Shown piece by piece: positions 39,659-52,521 of a stretch of DNA of 64,000 nucleotides (position 1 is the first letter of the stretch; each line of letters opens with the position of its first letter). Where the stretch lies: the NCBI GenBank assembly GCA_951406725.2, contig OX597841.1, forward strand, positions 20,088,001 to 20,152,000, in the 5' to 3' direction. A program made the translations under genes and the position numbers. Source of the DNA: Octopus vulgaris (taxonomy: Eukaryota). Below the pieces are notes generated by a model that was not told the DNA's origin, made no database searches, and was given only the letters and a program-made list of their open reading frames with translations.

Positions 39659-40484
39659 TATTATCCTCATCATTGAACGTCCACTTTCCTTGCTAGCATG
39701 GGTTGGATAGTTTGACTAAAAACTGGTAAGCCAGGAGGCTGCACCAGGTTCCGATCTGATCTGGCAAGGTTTCTATGGCTGGATACCCTTCCTAATGTCG
39801 ACTACTCCAAGAGTGTAGTGGGTGCATTTTACATGCCACCATCACGGGTGGCATTGATCTGACACTGGGCTTGAAAGGTCAATACAAGCAAATGAAATCA
39901 CCAAAGGTCTTGTTCATCTATCACTGCCTCCATTAGACCCAGCACTCGAATGGTGCATTTTCTTTTCAATAATTAGACTGTGGCCATGCTACAGTACTGC
40001 CTTGAATTTTTAGTTGAATGACTTTTTTTTTATTCTTAAACCTGGTACTTATTCTATCAGTCTCTTTTGTCAAACAGCTAAGTTAAAGGAACATAAACAC
40101 ACCAACACCAGCTGTCAAGCAGTAGTGAGGAACAAACAAACACACACACACACACACACACGCATATATAAGAAAATTAAATCAATGATTATTTATTAAT
40201 TACAAAATTGGACATCATGGAAAAATGATGGTGAATATATATATTTTTTATTCTTTTACTTGTTTCAATCATTTGACTGCAGCCATACTGGAGCACTGCT
40301 CTTAGTAAAACAAATCGACCCCAGGACTTATTCTTTGTAAGTCTAGTACTTATTCTATTGGTCTCTTTTGCTGAACTGCTAAGTTACAGGGGTACTATTC
40401 AGTGGGATTGAAGCAGAAATGATGTGGTTAGGAAGTGAACTTCTTAAGAACACAACCATGTTGAATAATATTAGATAATCTTAA

Positions 40485-40685
40485 CTCTTTAGCATTTAAG
40501 CCAGCCATGCCCAGCCCAAATATTCTACCTGTCATGTGCTGAAACTGGTCAGATCTGGCCTCTCACCTCCAAAACTAAACAAACACATCATAGAAAACTT
40601 GAAGCTACAAAATAACACAGGGTTAATTCAAAATAATGTGGACAATAAGCAATAGACTTGACAGAGTAACCTGTAAGCTAAAGAG
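40485..40685. mobile_element. piggyBac-type MITE (TTAA target)
   Basis: TTAA-CTCTTTAGC...GCTAAAGAG-TTAA. Family members at ~4270-4492, ~8275-8665 (tandem) and ~12950-13345. Confidence 0.7.
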
Positions 40686-42085
40686 TTAAAGTATTCAACA
40701 CCATGATGAAGATGATTATCATATTTACTTGTGTATGGGTGATGACTGTGTCTTGCAGAGTTACAGGCTGCTCTTTGGCAAGGCATAGCACCTGTTCAGC
40801 CACCTTTCCAGGGATACAGTGAAGTCAGGAGACTGCGACAGGGCAGATTGGGAAAAAGTAGCAGAAGAGCTCAACTGAGCCAACATTGATGCTGAGTGAA
40901 GCAATCCTAGAAGCATCAACGGACAGGATCACCAAGCTCTATCAAGAGAGTAAGTGCAATACATCCACAGGGGTGGCATCCATGGTTGTGGAATCAACTA
41001 ATGAAAGATTCAATATGACTCAAGTTCCCAATTCCAATTCATAATAATGGAATTGGAGGGAAAGAAAGAGTCATGGGAATCTGCAAAAGCAGTAAAAAAA
41101 GATTTATACTTGATTTTTAACTGAAAAACTGGAATGTGACTTATAGAAGGAGCAAAACTTTATCTGAAGGCAAAGAATTCTGTCCCAAGATTTAAATATA
41201 AACTATAGTCTAATACAATTTTATATTTCTGAGATGAGCAACTTATATGATGGACACTATTTACATTAGTTGGACTTGTGCCCTCATCTTGACTGATGCT
41301 TTCACCATGTTTTGGCTGCTGTACTCTCCAATCTTCTTTAGGAGTCTTGTGTTGAAATCGGTTGTTGTATTGGAATTTCAAACCTAACCCTTTATTTGGT
41401 CCACATTCATTCGATCTCTGCATTTTGAGGCATGACATTTTTTTATTCAATGGAATGAGAACAGTAAAGTTACCTTCTCGAGTCAAGCTGACTCATAAAG
41501 GTCAGTTTCTCGGTTTCCATGGCAGATAAATTCCCCACCTGGAAGGGACGCCAGTCCATCACAGAATTACTCATTTTTGCCAGCTGAGTGGACTGGAGCA
41601 ATGTGAAATGAAGTGTTTTGCTCAAGAACACAATGTATCGCCCAGTCCAGGAATCAAAACCACAATCTTATGATCATGATGCTGACACCCTAACCACTAA
41701 GCCACAAACCTCCGTGAATGAAAATAGTGCCCCCCCCCCTCCCTGTAGATCAAATAAAGAGTTAAGTTTGAAATTCTGATACAACAACTGAGTTTGACAC
41801 AAAACACCTGAAGAAGGCTGGAGAATAGACCAACTGAAATGCAGTGAAAGCAACAATCAAGATGAGGCCCCCAGTCCAGCTAAAGTAAATTGTGAGGAGG
41901 ATGGCATTGCTGGTGAACTCGTAAGAGACAAACTGAAGACGAGGACTCTTACTGCAGACTAGTTATTGAATAAGTAGCAAAAAAGGGACTTCTGGTTTGG
42001 TGGCAAGCAAGACTCAAGATTAAAGGGCAGCTCATGCTCTCTCTCTCTCTCTCTCTCTCCCCTCTCTCTCTCCCCTCTCTCTCTC

Positions 42086-42125
<40 letters not shown>

Positions 42126-42755
42126 TTATAGATGATTAACGCAGAATAAACAACACTTCTTGTTTGTGGTTATTTTTATATATAGCTTAACAAAAGCTGT
42201 AAGTGTATATAAATTAGGGTACAGATTCTACATGAGTAAATATGCTGTACCAGTGGAAAGCCTATTTTGCTGTTATATTAATAAGCCGTGGGCAGGGGTA
42301 TTTCACAAATACTGGGATTAGGGGACTGATACTCATCAGTTTGAGGACCATAGCTTTTGAGGAGGACCTTTAATAGCCAAAAATCTGAGAGTGAGGGCCT
42401 GGTGCTACAACTGACAAATGTAGTTCAAAGTTCAAAAGCAACACTCAACATATTGTCTGTCTTTATAATAATCAGTATCTATTACAATCCATGGCTGAGG
42501 TCACAGAGCAATGCTTTGTGGTAGGATAAAGTTCTTCTTGATATCTTTTATCTTTTTACTTGTTTCAGTCATTGGATTGTGGCCATGCTGGGGAACTGCC
42601 TTGAAGCATTCATTTGATCAAATTGACCCCAGCACTTAGCTTTAAATCTGGTAATTATTCTATCCCTTTTGCTGAACTACTAAATTAAAAGGATGTAAAC
42701 AAACCAACACTGGTTGTGAAGCAGTGTAACGGGGACAGACACTAACACACCCATA

Positions 42756-43372
42756 TCAGGTCAAGCAAAAAGTAAGCAACATATTGAACCACAAAGAATT
42801 TGTATTGGATTTTTGCTGAGTTTTGAATTTTTTCTAAACATTTTTTTGCAATTATCTGATAATACAGACATAGACTTACCCAAATGCATCAATAAATTAA
42901 CATTGATGTTTTTTACACCATTGTTACAATCATCTGAAATGGAAATGTTAAAGCACGATATTCGAGCAGTTTTGCTATTCAACTTCAAGAAGGGACGTAA
43001 AGCAGCTGAAGCTGTTCACGATATCAACGAAACATTTGGTGAGGAAATGACCAGTGAATGGTCAGCTCGAAAATGGTTTTAAATGATTTCTCAGTGGAGA
43101 CCTGAGCCTTGAAGATCATGAGCATAGTGGACACCATACCTGTCATTGATGACGGTCAATTAAAGACCATCATTGAGAAAAATCCACATAAAACCACTCG
43201 AGAACTGGCAAAAGAATTTCAAGTTAACCAGAAAACTGCTTGTAACCATTTACATGCGATCAGAAAATCAAAAAAGCTCGACAAATGGGTACCACACGAT
43301 TTGAATGAAAATCAGAAAATGCACAGATATGAAATTTGTTTGTCACTTCTTCTCTATAACCAAACAGATCCA
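42756..43372 (+). mobile_element. 5' half of the same mariner family
   Basis: Left TIR TCAGGTCAAGCAAAAAGTAAGCAAC after TA. Transposase N-terminus runs to WVPHDL and is truncated at ...acagatcca. Confidence 0.93.
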
Positions 43373-44169
43373 CGAAAATAGAGTTGGTCTTATCTCAGCT
43401 TGCAATCAAGTAGCACGGGCAGAGCATTCAGTTGTTATCACGTGTTGCCTCGGCTGAACTCTACCACAATGCAACCAAAAGATAGGGAGACTTTCTTTGT
43501 CGCTCGCCAACATGACGTCATCTTGACCCTTTCAATCTTGCATCATCTCTGTCTCTGCCTTCCGGCCAATTACCCTTCCGCCACAGTGAGCACACACACA
43601 TACATACTGACACACATCACAATTTCTTTCGAAATGTCAAATTTCACTTTCTAGATATGTGACATAGGTCAGTATGTACGTGTAAGAGCCCACCAAATTT
43701 TCTTTTCCAAATTAAATTCCGATATAATCGTAATCTACACATTCTGAAAGTTATACAAAATTTCATTAAAAAATTACCTGTTTTTCTAAAAGTTATGGGT
43801 AAAGGAAGCCGACTCATGTGAATTTTCTGAAACTCCTCACCCCACCCTCGGAAATTTTTTCCCCACAACTTCCGATCTAATCAGAATCTGTACCATCTGA
43901 AGCATATTTGTAGAAAATTTCACCTAAACATATCCATTTTTGGAAAGGTATGTGGCAACAAATTCGGGCGGGGGACACATCTGCAGGAATACCACTCGAC
44001 CCTATATGTCCAGGCAAGGGTAATCTTTTCCCTAGAAATGGACCACATGATACACGGATCATCACAAGCTAAACAAAAAATCAGGAAGTCTTGCGAGTCA
44101 CATGTTGCCTATAACGGTTATATATATATATTTTGCTAAAATGTCTTATTGACGAGTTTCGTTTTTTTC

Positions 44170-44255
44170 ACTTTCCCGAGGAGAAAATTGCATTGTTTAT
44201 ACCATTTATTCTTTTGAATAGTATCAGTGGAATTTTCGAAACATGTGTCGAAAGT
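44170..44255 (+). ncRNA. Type I hammerhead motif with CCGAGGA core
   Basis: ACTTTC-CCGAGGA-GAAAATT...AATTTTC-GAAA-CATGTG-TC-GAAAGT. Confidence 0.7.
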
Positions 44256-44297
44256 AAAAATATTTGATTAAACCTGCGTTAACTCCATTTTTTATTC

Positions 44298-44374
<77 letters not shown>

Positions 44375-44528
44375 GGAGTAAACACATAAATGTGAAACAA
44401 GGTGGAAAAGAAGAGTACTCAAATACCAGCGGTAGAGTAATATGCTTTATTTAAAACAGCAGAAAATTCAACAAAACCTGTTACTCTGAGTTTCACGTTC
44501 CCGTTCGTCGGACAGATTCTAGCAAAAA

Positions 44529-44566
44529 CTGTCCGACGAACGGGTACGTGAAACTCAGAGTAACAG
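44529..44566 (+). ncRNA. Minimal type I hammerhead with CCGANGA core variant
   Basis: CTGT-CCGACGA-ACG-GGTA-CGT-GAAA-CTCAGAG-TA-ACAG. Mirror copy on minus at 44478-44515, another at 3488-3525(-). Confidence 0.7.
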
Positions 44567-44874
44567 GTTTTGTTGAATTTTCTGCTGCTTTTAAATAAAG
44601 TATATATATATATATATATATAAAAGCAATTAAGATTCAAGTCAATTCTAATGAATTCACTTGAATGCGGTACTTAACTTAGATGCACCAGAAAACTATA
44701 TGGTGTTAACCAATACAGTAATGTGGGGTGATTATAAACGAGAAAAGAAGCAACAAGAATGGATTAGTTTTTAGTACAATTGTTTCTAATAAAGCCTGTC
44801 TTTGTAATAAACAATTGTACTAAAAACTAATTCATTCTTGTTGCTTCTATATATATATATATATATATATATAT

Positions 44875-45460
44875 GGAGAAATCGCCACACGTTAAGTTTC
44901 GTCCCTTGGCGGATCGAATTACTTGGACATGTTTCCGTTTCGTGTTTTAACATCACCCATCGGTGATCGAGGGAAAAGCGCCGCTCTCATTCGGTGGCGC
45001 AAATTACAACGCAGTGAGAAGAACCCGATTTGAATTTAGGATTGTGTGTGTGTTTATATCTATATATATACATATATATATATATATATACATACACACA
45101 CACACATATATATATATATATACACACACACACGCACATACATTCATATGTGTGTATATATATATATATATATAAAATATACATGTGTCTATGGTCGTCG
45201 TCGTCGACTTTGAAGACCGTTGTAATTATTCTTGTAAATTTAGATTTCTACAGATATTAGTGAGTCATATATAAACATACCGACTTGTATATAGACAGAT
45301 TATATATATATATATTGTTGTAATTAATCCTCTTTATACTTGTATATACATATTTCCACACGCACATAATACGTGTGTGTATATATCTGATAGTGGTGTG
45401 GTTTAAGGATCGATTTCAAGTGGAGACGAACGGAAGAAGGTTCCAAGAAAGCTGTTGAGG
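44875..45460 (+). promoter_or_regulatory. Probable ANAPC7 promoter / non-coding first exon region
   Basis: Locally CpG-rich unique sequence upstream of the ATG exon, which itself has an acceptor. Candidate donor GAG|GTGAGA at 45460. Confidence 0.4.
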
Positions 45461-45849
45461 TGAGAAAATTGTCTACTTTTGATTATACACACAGCTATTT
45501 GTATTTATATACGCACACACAAACACCTAGACGGGCAACTCCACTTAAATGATGTCACAACGGTTTCCTTTATTAACCGAGGGTCACAAATCTTTATGGC
45601 CTGCATGGACCCAGGATCGCACTCGGGTCTCAGAAGCTATTGTAATTGCCTGTAACCGATGCTAAATATACATAGAATGGCCTAACGGTCACAAACGTAT
45701 GGCAACAGTATAATGACTGCTCCACAACCACATGTGCACATGTGGAATCGATTCAACGGATGCTGGCATGGAACCTGCTTTACGAATCACTGTTTCTTCT
45801 TGGATAGAAGCCAAAGTCATTCACTTGGGTGGGTTTTGGGCTTAAAGCG

Positions 45850-46480
45850 CAAATATTCTAACCATTCTCCATCCACTTCTACCACCTTTGTAACTTTTAT
45901 CATTTTACATCGGGTTTTGCATGAGGCCTCTCCAACACCGTCTCTAGCCACTTTTGATTTCAAAAAAATTATCTCCTTTGAATGGTTCAGCCTCTTGAGA
46001 CCAGTTTCCGTCTCTTGGCCCGTTCTTCTTGGCCATTCTCCTCCGCTTGTTATCGTTTAGCACATCTTTTCCCAATCGTTGTTCTCCAAATGCATTTCAT
46101 GTCTGGATTCCTCTCAGTTCATTCGTTCTGCTTTCCACAGAACTAACCACATTTCTTTCCAGCCCTTTTCTATATCCTGCATATTCACTACTCGGGTTTC
46201 GTTACCGTGTAATTTCACATTTCATACATAAACATGTTATGCTCTTCCCTCTACTCTGAGAGAATCCTTTACTTCTCAGAAAAGGTGATAATAATACCCT
46301 GTTCTTATCGTTTCCAGGATACCCATCTTTGCAGCTGCTTAGCTCACCTAAGTAAAGGAAGCTATCCACCACGATGGATCTTTCTGGGCCTTCTTTCACG
46401 GCTGCTCTTCCTGATAACCGTTCCTCTGCATCTGCTGCATTCAAAACCCTCCTTCCTGTTATACTGTCCTTAATTCCACT
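45850..46480 (-). mobile_element. Highly decayed RTE-like fragment
   Basis: Remnants such as VVDSFLYLGE and aagaagaacgggccaagagac resemble the RTE RT C-terminus. Similar small pieces at ~47600-47740 and ~50930-51160. Confidence 0.55.
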
Positions 46481-48151
46481 GTATCTCTTGCATACCCCTA
46501 GTTTACATTGTGTACACTTATATCACTAGCGGTACTTGGAGAAATTCCACAGCTATTTTCAGCTTGTTGCAATTTTGGTTTAGAATCAACAATTCTGTAA
46601 AGTACTTCCTGTGTTTTGTACACTGGGACTAGGGTAGTCACAATGTATTCTCTTCTGTAACATGGAAATAAGCATAGTTATACTGTGGTAGAATACTATA
46701 TATATGTGTGTGTGTGTATGTATATATATATATATACACACACACACAGAGAAAGAAAGGACTCCCTTCAGTCATGAATGACCATGGGATTGCACCTAGA
46801 AAATTTCCCTCCGAGGCACAAGTCCAGGTGAGGTTGTTTAATGAAGACCAACAGTCCCCTATGCCCCCCCCCCCCTCTTAGGCCTATAAAGCTTGGCTCA
46901 GTCACATCTTGACTCATTTCCACAGCTGAGTAAACCGGAGCAACATGAAATAAAGTGTTTTGTTCAATAACACAACCCAAACTCATTAGCTCGTAATTTA
47001 TGAGTCCAATGCTCTAAGCGCTGCACCTTCACAGAGTGCCAGTTCTTCATAAATTGGACCAGATATGACCATTTTAAATGCCAAAGGGTTAAAGATATAA
47101 ATGTCATAATCTCACCTGAAACCAGTTGTTTTACTTATTTATGCTTGTACCTACTCAATTGATAAACTGCTCGGAGCCAGTCTTGATTATGCAGCTGTAA
47201 TATCTTTGCTTTTAGTTGCAGTTGAACTTTTAGGCTTCAAGTCAGCCTCAAGCACTAATAGTATGTACATCATCATCATCATTTAACATCCGTTCTCCAT
47301 GGTTTGGACGATTTGACAGGAATTGGCCAGCTAAAGAGCTGCTAAGGCTCCATTTGTCTTGGTTTCTATGGTGGGATGCCCTTCGGAATGCCAACCACTT
47401 TACAGAATGTACTGGGGGTTTTCAAGTGGCAGCATCATGGATGCTTTTACATAGCACTGGCACAGGCATTTTTCCATAGCACCAGTGCCCATGAGCCCTC
47501 AAGACTAGGATCTCTTGCCTGAGAGAGGGGTGTAGAGGATATGCCTGTATGCATAGACAGCAACAATTTTACTTAGATTGGCATGTCTTCTCAAGTACAG
47601 CAAGGTATCAGAAGTCTAAGCCCTTTGTCATCTCCTCTGTGAGGCCCAACATCTGAAGATTCTTTCTCACCACTTCATCCCACATTCTTTTGGGTCTACC
47701 CCCTTCCACACATTCTCTCCACGTTTAGAGATTGGCACTTAATATTTCTTTATCTCATCAACTGTGATGTTGCTGGAATTATATACACACACACCCATAT
47801 ATCTTTATGTATATTAAAAAATTTAGATTCAGATGAATATGGTACTTAAGTTGAGGCACCAGAATTTAGTACGGTATTATCCATATAATTTCAAAATAAG
47901 GTGATTAAAATCAAAATAAGCAACAAGGATATCCACAGGTAATGCATTACCTCTGGATGTTCTTGTTGCTTATTTTGATATATACATATGTATGCATGTT
48001 TCTCTCCTTGTTTCTTTCTGTGTCCCTTTCTGTAGAAGAGCATAGGCTTGAAACGTAAAAGACTTTTTCAGTTCCCAAGTGTTATACTAATACATCTATT
48101 TGTTTTCTACACCACCTGTCTTCATCTTTTGATTTTTTTTTCATGAATTCT

Positions 48152-48194
<43 letters not shown>

Positions 48195-48555
48195 GATAGA
48201 TAGACACCGATGCCTGTGAGATGCAAAAGGCACTGATGCTGGTTATACATAAAAGGCATGCTCTACTGCAAGACATGCTTCTGTTTCTCTGCCACACTCT
48301 AACCTTTCATTACTTGGCACAAAGTCACTGCTTCTCAAAGGAGCTTTGTCTTAGGGGCCCTGCCAGTGCTGGTGCCATGTAAAAAGTATCCAGTCCACAC
48401 TAATGTGGTTGGCATTTGGAAGGGCATCCAGCTGTAAAAACCATGCCAAAACAGACAGCAAAGTTTGGTGCAGTCTTCTGCCTAGCCAAATCCTATCAGA
48501 CCATCCAACTCATGCCAGCCTGGAAGACAAATGTTAAATGATGATGATATATATA

Positions 48556-48924
48556 TCTATGATAATAAATGCAAAATTCTGTCTGTCTGTCTGGGACCCA
48601 TGTATCTCTGTCTACATTGACACATACCTTTTTGGAACCAGGGTGGTCCTGGGATTGAAAATCTCCACTCCATTTGGTTTTTGAACATCTGGCATTAGGA
48701 TCAGGTCTGGATGAGGATATTTTGTATGCTAACAGTTAAAATTTCAAATTTTAAAAGAACTCAAAAAATTTGTGAAATTACAAGTTTTACATTAAAACTG
48801 AATTTAAAATAATAACCATATTGGTAGAGTTCTAATAAATACCATAGTTTTGGACCGGGGGCCCAATTAGCTCTCTACAAGAGCTACATTAAAAGTCCGC
48901 ATAGAGTGCGGCTTTTACACTTGT
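48556..48924 (+). mobile_element. Possible Helitron-like element
   Basis: TCTAT..ATAATAAAT...(GTCT)n start; 3' hairpin AAAAGTCCGC..GCGGCTTTT followed by CTTGT. Confidence 0.45.
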
Positions 48925-48985
48925 ATGTATATATGTATATATATGTCTGAATGTATCTGTTGCAGTTTGTATCAAACCAAGCAAA

Positions 48986-49051
48986 ATGAGTCTGTTTGAG
49001 AATGTGAAGCGACTCTATGACTGTGAGCTGTACAGTGATTTGAAACAGCTG
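48986..49051 (+). CDS. ANAPC7: Anaphase-promoting complex subunit 7, first coding exon
   Basis: MSLFENVKRLYDCELYSDLKQL; acceptor ttgcag ending 48965, AAAATG start, GTAAGT donor. Resembles the APC7 N-terminus and is in phase with the following exons. Confidence 0.85.
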
Positions 49052-51242
49052 GTAAGTAAGACTGCCTTTTGTCAATGTTTTTTTCTTTAAACACCTGTAA
49101 ATCCCATCGGAGGAGATCTAGGATCAAAGACTATTTGCTCATATTGTTTTCCAAAGAGTATATTCATCATCGTTTTAACATCTGATTTTCCATTCTCACA
49201 TGTGTTGGATGGAATTTGTTGAGGTGGATTTTCTATGGACAGATAGCCTTTCTGTTACCAACCCTTGTCTGTTGACCGGACGTGTTCATGGAAGACTGGA
49301 TACAAAGGACACTGCTTGTATGACAGTGGCACTCGCTTACAGCTATTACACATCATCAAGGAAAGGAGACAGTAATACAACATACTCAGAGTATAGAATG
49401 GGCTTTCAGTTCCCATCTAACAGATCCACTTAGAAGGCTTTGTTCAACAAGGGGCAATAGTAGAAGACACCACACAATGGGACCAGACCCAAAACCTTGT
49501 GGTTGGGAAGCAAACTTCTTGGACACACCTCTGCCTATGTTATTATTATCATTAAGGTAGCAAGTTGGCAGAATCATTAGCACACTGGACGAAATGCTTA
49601 GCGGTATTTTGACCATCATCATGTCCTGAGTTCAAATTCTGCCGAGGTCAACTTTGCCTGTCATCCTTTTGAGGTCAATAAATTAAGTACCAGTTGCATA
49701 CTGGGGTCAATATAATTGACTGGTTCTCTCCCCCAAAATTTCAGGGCTTGTTCCTATAATAGAAAGGATTATTATTATTTAGGCAGTGGGCTAGCAGAAA
49801 TGTTAGTACGCCGGGCAAAATGCTTAGTAGTGTTTCGTGCATCTGCATGTTCTAAGTTCAAATTCCACCAAGATCAAACCGTTGTCATAATCGTTTTCCA
49901 TACTAGCATGAGTTGGGTAGTTTGACTGAGGACTGGCAGGCCAGGCGGCTGCATCAAGCTCCAATCTAATTTCACAAGGTTTCTACAGCTGGATGCCCTT
50001 CCTAATGCCAGCCACTCTGAGAATGTAGTGGGTGCTTTTTATGTGCCACCAGCATGGGAGCCAGTCAGGTGGTACTGGCATCAGCCACGTCTATAATTTC
50101 ACTTGGTTCAACAGGTCTCCACCAGTGTATTTATCTTTCTTTTAAGCCTAGTACATATTCTTTTGCCAAACTGCTACTTTATGGGAACATAAATAAACCA
50201 ATACTGGTTGTGAAGCATTGATGGGGGACAAACATAAATATACACTACACACACAAATATTTATATAAAGTAATAAACAGGAAGCACAAATTCCACACCT
50301 GTTGTTTTTTCTAGGTCATATTCCACGCACTTAAAAGGCACCATTTGAGCGTAATCATTACCAGTGTCGCACTACTGGCACTCAAGCCCCGTGCTAGGAG
50401 GGTATTAAGAGCACCATCCGAGTGTGATCGTTGCCAGAGCGGCTATCTGGCCTCCGTGCCGGTGGCACGTAAAAAACACCATTCGAGCATGACTGTTACC
50501 AGCACCGCCTGACTGGCACGTAAAAGCACCCACTACACTCTCGGAGTGGTTGGCATTAGGAAGGGCATCCAGCTGTAGAAACTCTGCCAGATCAAGATTG
50601 AAGCCTGGTGCAGCCATCTGGTTTGCCAACCCACAGTCAAACCGTCCAACCCATGCTAGCATGGAAAGCGGACGTTAAATGATGATGATGATAGCCTCTC
50701 CTGTCCTATACTGAACACTAGAGTGGATTGTGGGGTTCACTACTCAGCTTGGTTATGGTTGCATGTTGCCTATTGCTGTGCTTCCCTTTTTTTCATATAC
50801 ATTTATTTATCTGATGGGGGACAAACATAAACACAAAAATGCATACAAATATATATACACACATGTATAAAATAAGAAGCAGAAAACATGAATTCCACAC
50901 CTGTTTTTTTTTTTGTCTCCTCAAGTCTTCTTGAGCATAACAACACTCCAGATATCTTGGTCCTTTGTCATCTCCTTCATAAGGCTCAGTGTTTTGAGGT
51001 TGGCCTTCAATAGTTCATCCCATGCCATCCTGGGTCTCCACCTTCTATAAGTTCCATCCACTTTGTGATGAGCACTTCTTTATGCAACTCTCCTCATCCA
51101 TACACGTCGCAGGACTAAACCAGTACAGTCTTCTTTCTTGTACACTGCATCTAATTCCCCTTCTGCTTCTCTGTATATCTGTTTTATTTAAATGTCTCTA
51201 TATATCTGTTTATCTAAATAAATATTTATATATCTTTTTATA

Positions 51243-52275
51243 GTGGCCCTCTCAGATATGCCCTCAAATGCCCGGATAGCCACCCTTGCAAGCTATGCAG
51301 ATGATACGAAAGTCTTGCAGAAAATACAGAACCCCAGTGATGTTGCACATCTGCAGCAGGAGTTGGACTCAATTTACAGATGGGCTAAGGATTATAATAT
51401 GCAGTTTAATGCTGAAAAATTCCAAGCCCTGCACTACAAGCATCCAAAACTGAATATTAAACTTACAGGGTACACCAATCCACAGGGAATTTCAATCCCA
51501 GAGCCTAAATCAGTGAGGGACCTGGGTATCGACATGAGTGAGGATATCCCTTTCCAAGTGCACATTACCAGGATGGTGACAAAGTGCAGACGACTGGCTG
51601 GATGGATCCTAAGAACATTCAGAACCAGAGATAAGGAAACTATGATGGTCCTCTGGCGGACATTCGTCCTCAGCCGCCTGGATTACTGCTCACAGCTATG
51701 GTCACCCACCAGTGTAAAATTAACAGCAGACCTTGAAGCAATCCAGAGAAGATTCACAAAGAAGATTGTCTCTTTGCAACAGCTCAGCTACTGGGAAAGG
51801 TTGAAACAGCTAAGACTCTACTCCCTGGAGAGAAGATGGGAGAGGTATGCAGTAATATATGTCTGGAAGATCCTGGAAGGAATTGTGCCAAATTTTGGCA
51901 TTGTAAGCTACACCAATGCTAGAATGGGATGACACTGCTTAGTGCCAAAGGTGTCAGCAATGCCATCACGCTTCAGGACCAGCTTCTACAACAGCCTGGG
52001 TTTCAAGGGTCCACAGCTTTTTAATATTCTCTCAAAGAGTTTGAGGAACTTGCACAAAGTAGATGTAGCGGTTTTTAAATCAAAGCTGGACATCTTCCTG
52101 TCGAGAGTCCCAGATGAACTTACCTGATGGCAAGAGGTGCAAATGAGAGTAGCTATGTCAAACTCCATTCTTCACCAAGTGCCACATATTAGAAGAGGCT
52201 CTTAATAATAACAGTGTAGCAAAACGGTGGTGCATCAGCATGGCCACAGCTCTGAGCTGAAACTAGAGAGAAAAA
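51243..52275 (+). mobile_element. CR1/L2-group LINE 3' fragment
   Basis: ORF with YADDTK, VRDLGI, LDYCSQLWSP, LEAIQRRFTK, LYSLERR; 3' UTR ends ...catggccacagctctgagctgaaact. A related decayed piece lies at ~35050-35395. Confidence 0.9.
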
Positions 52276-52398
52276 ATAACTGTTTATCTAAACATGTATC
52301 TACATATCTGTTTTTATCCAGCTTTCTTTCGTATGCCTGTTTACCTGCTTGTTTCCATTCATCTGTCATCTCTCTACACATTAATTTCCTCTTTTCAG

Positions 52399-52521
52399 GC
52401 TTGTTTAGTGTTAACCATGTCTGATCAGAACTCAGACCTCCTGACATTAGCCCAAAAATACCAGTGCACCGTCTACTATGCACATTCCCTCTACCAACTG
52501 CGAGAGTTTCGGAAAGCTGAG
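52399..52521 (+). CDS. ANAPC7: ANAPC7 coding exon 2
   Basis: ACLVLTMSDQNSDLLTLAQKYQCTVYYAHSLYQLREFRKAE, similar to vertebrate APC7 LLTMSNNNPELFSPPQKYQLLVYHADSLFHDKEYRNA. tttcag/GTAAAC, 123 nt, phase 0. Confidence 0.92.

Noticed and set aside
40759-40949. Protein-coding exon
   Set aside because: Good splice sites but stops in all three frames; kept only as a possible non-coding exon.
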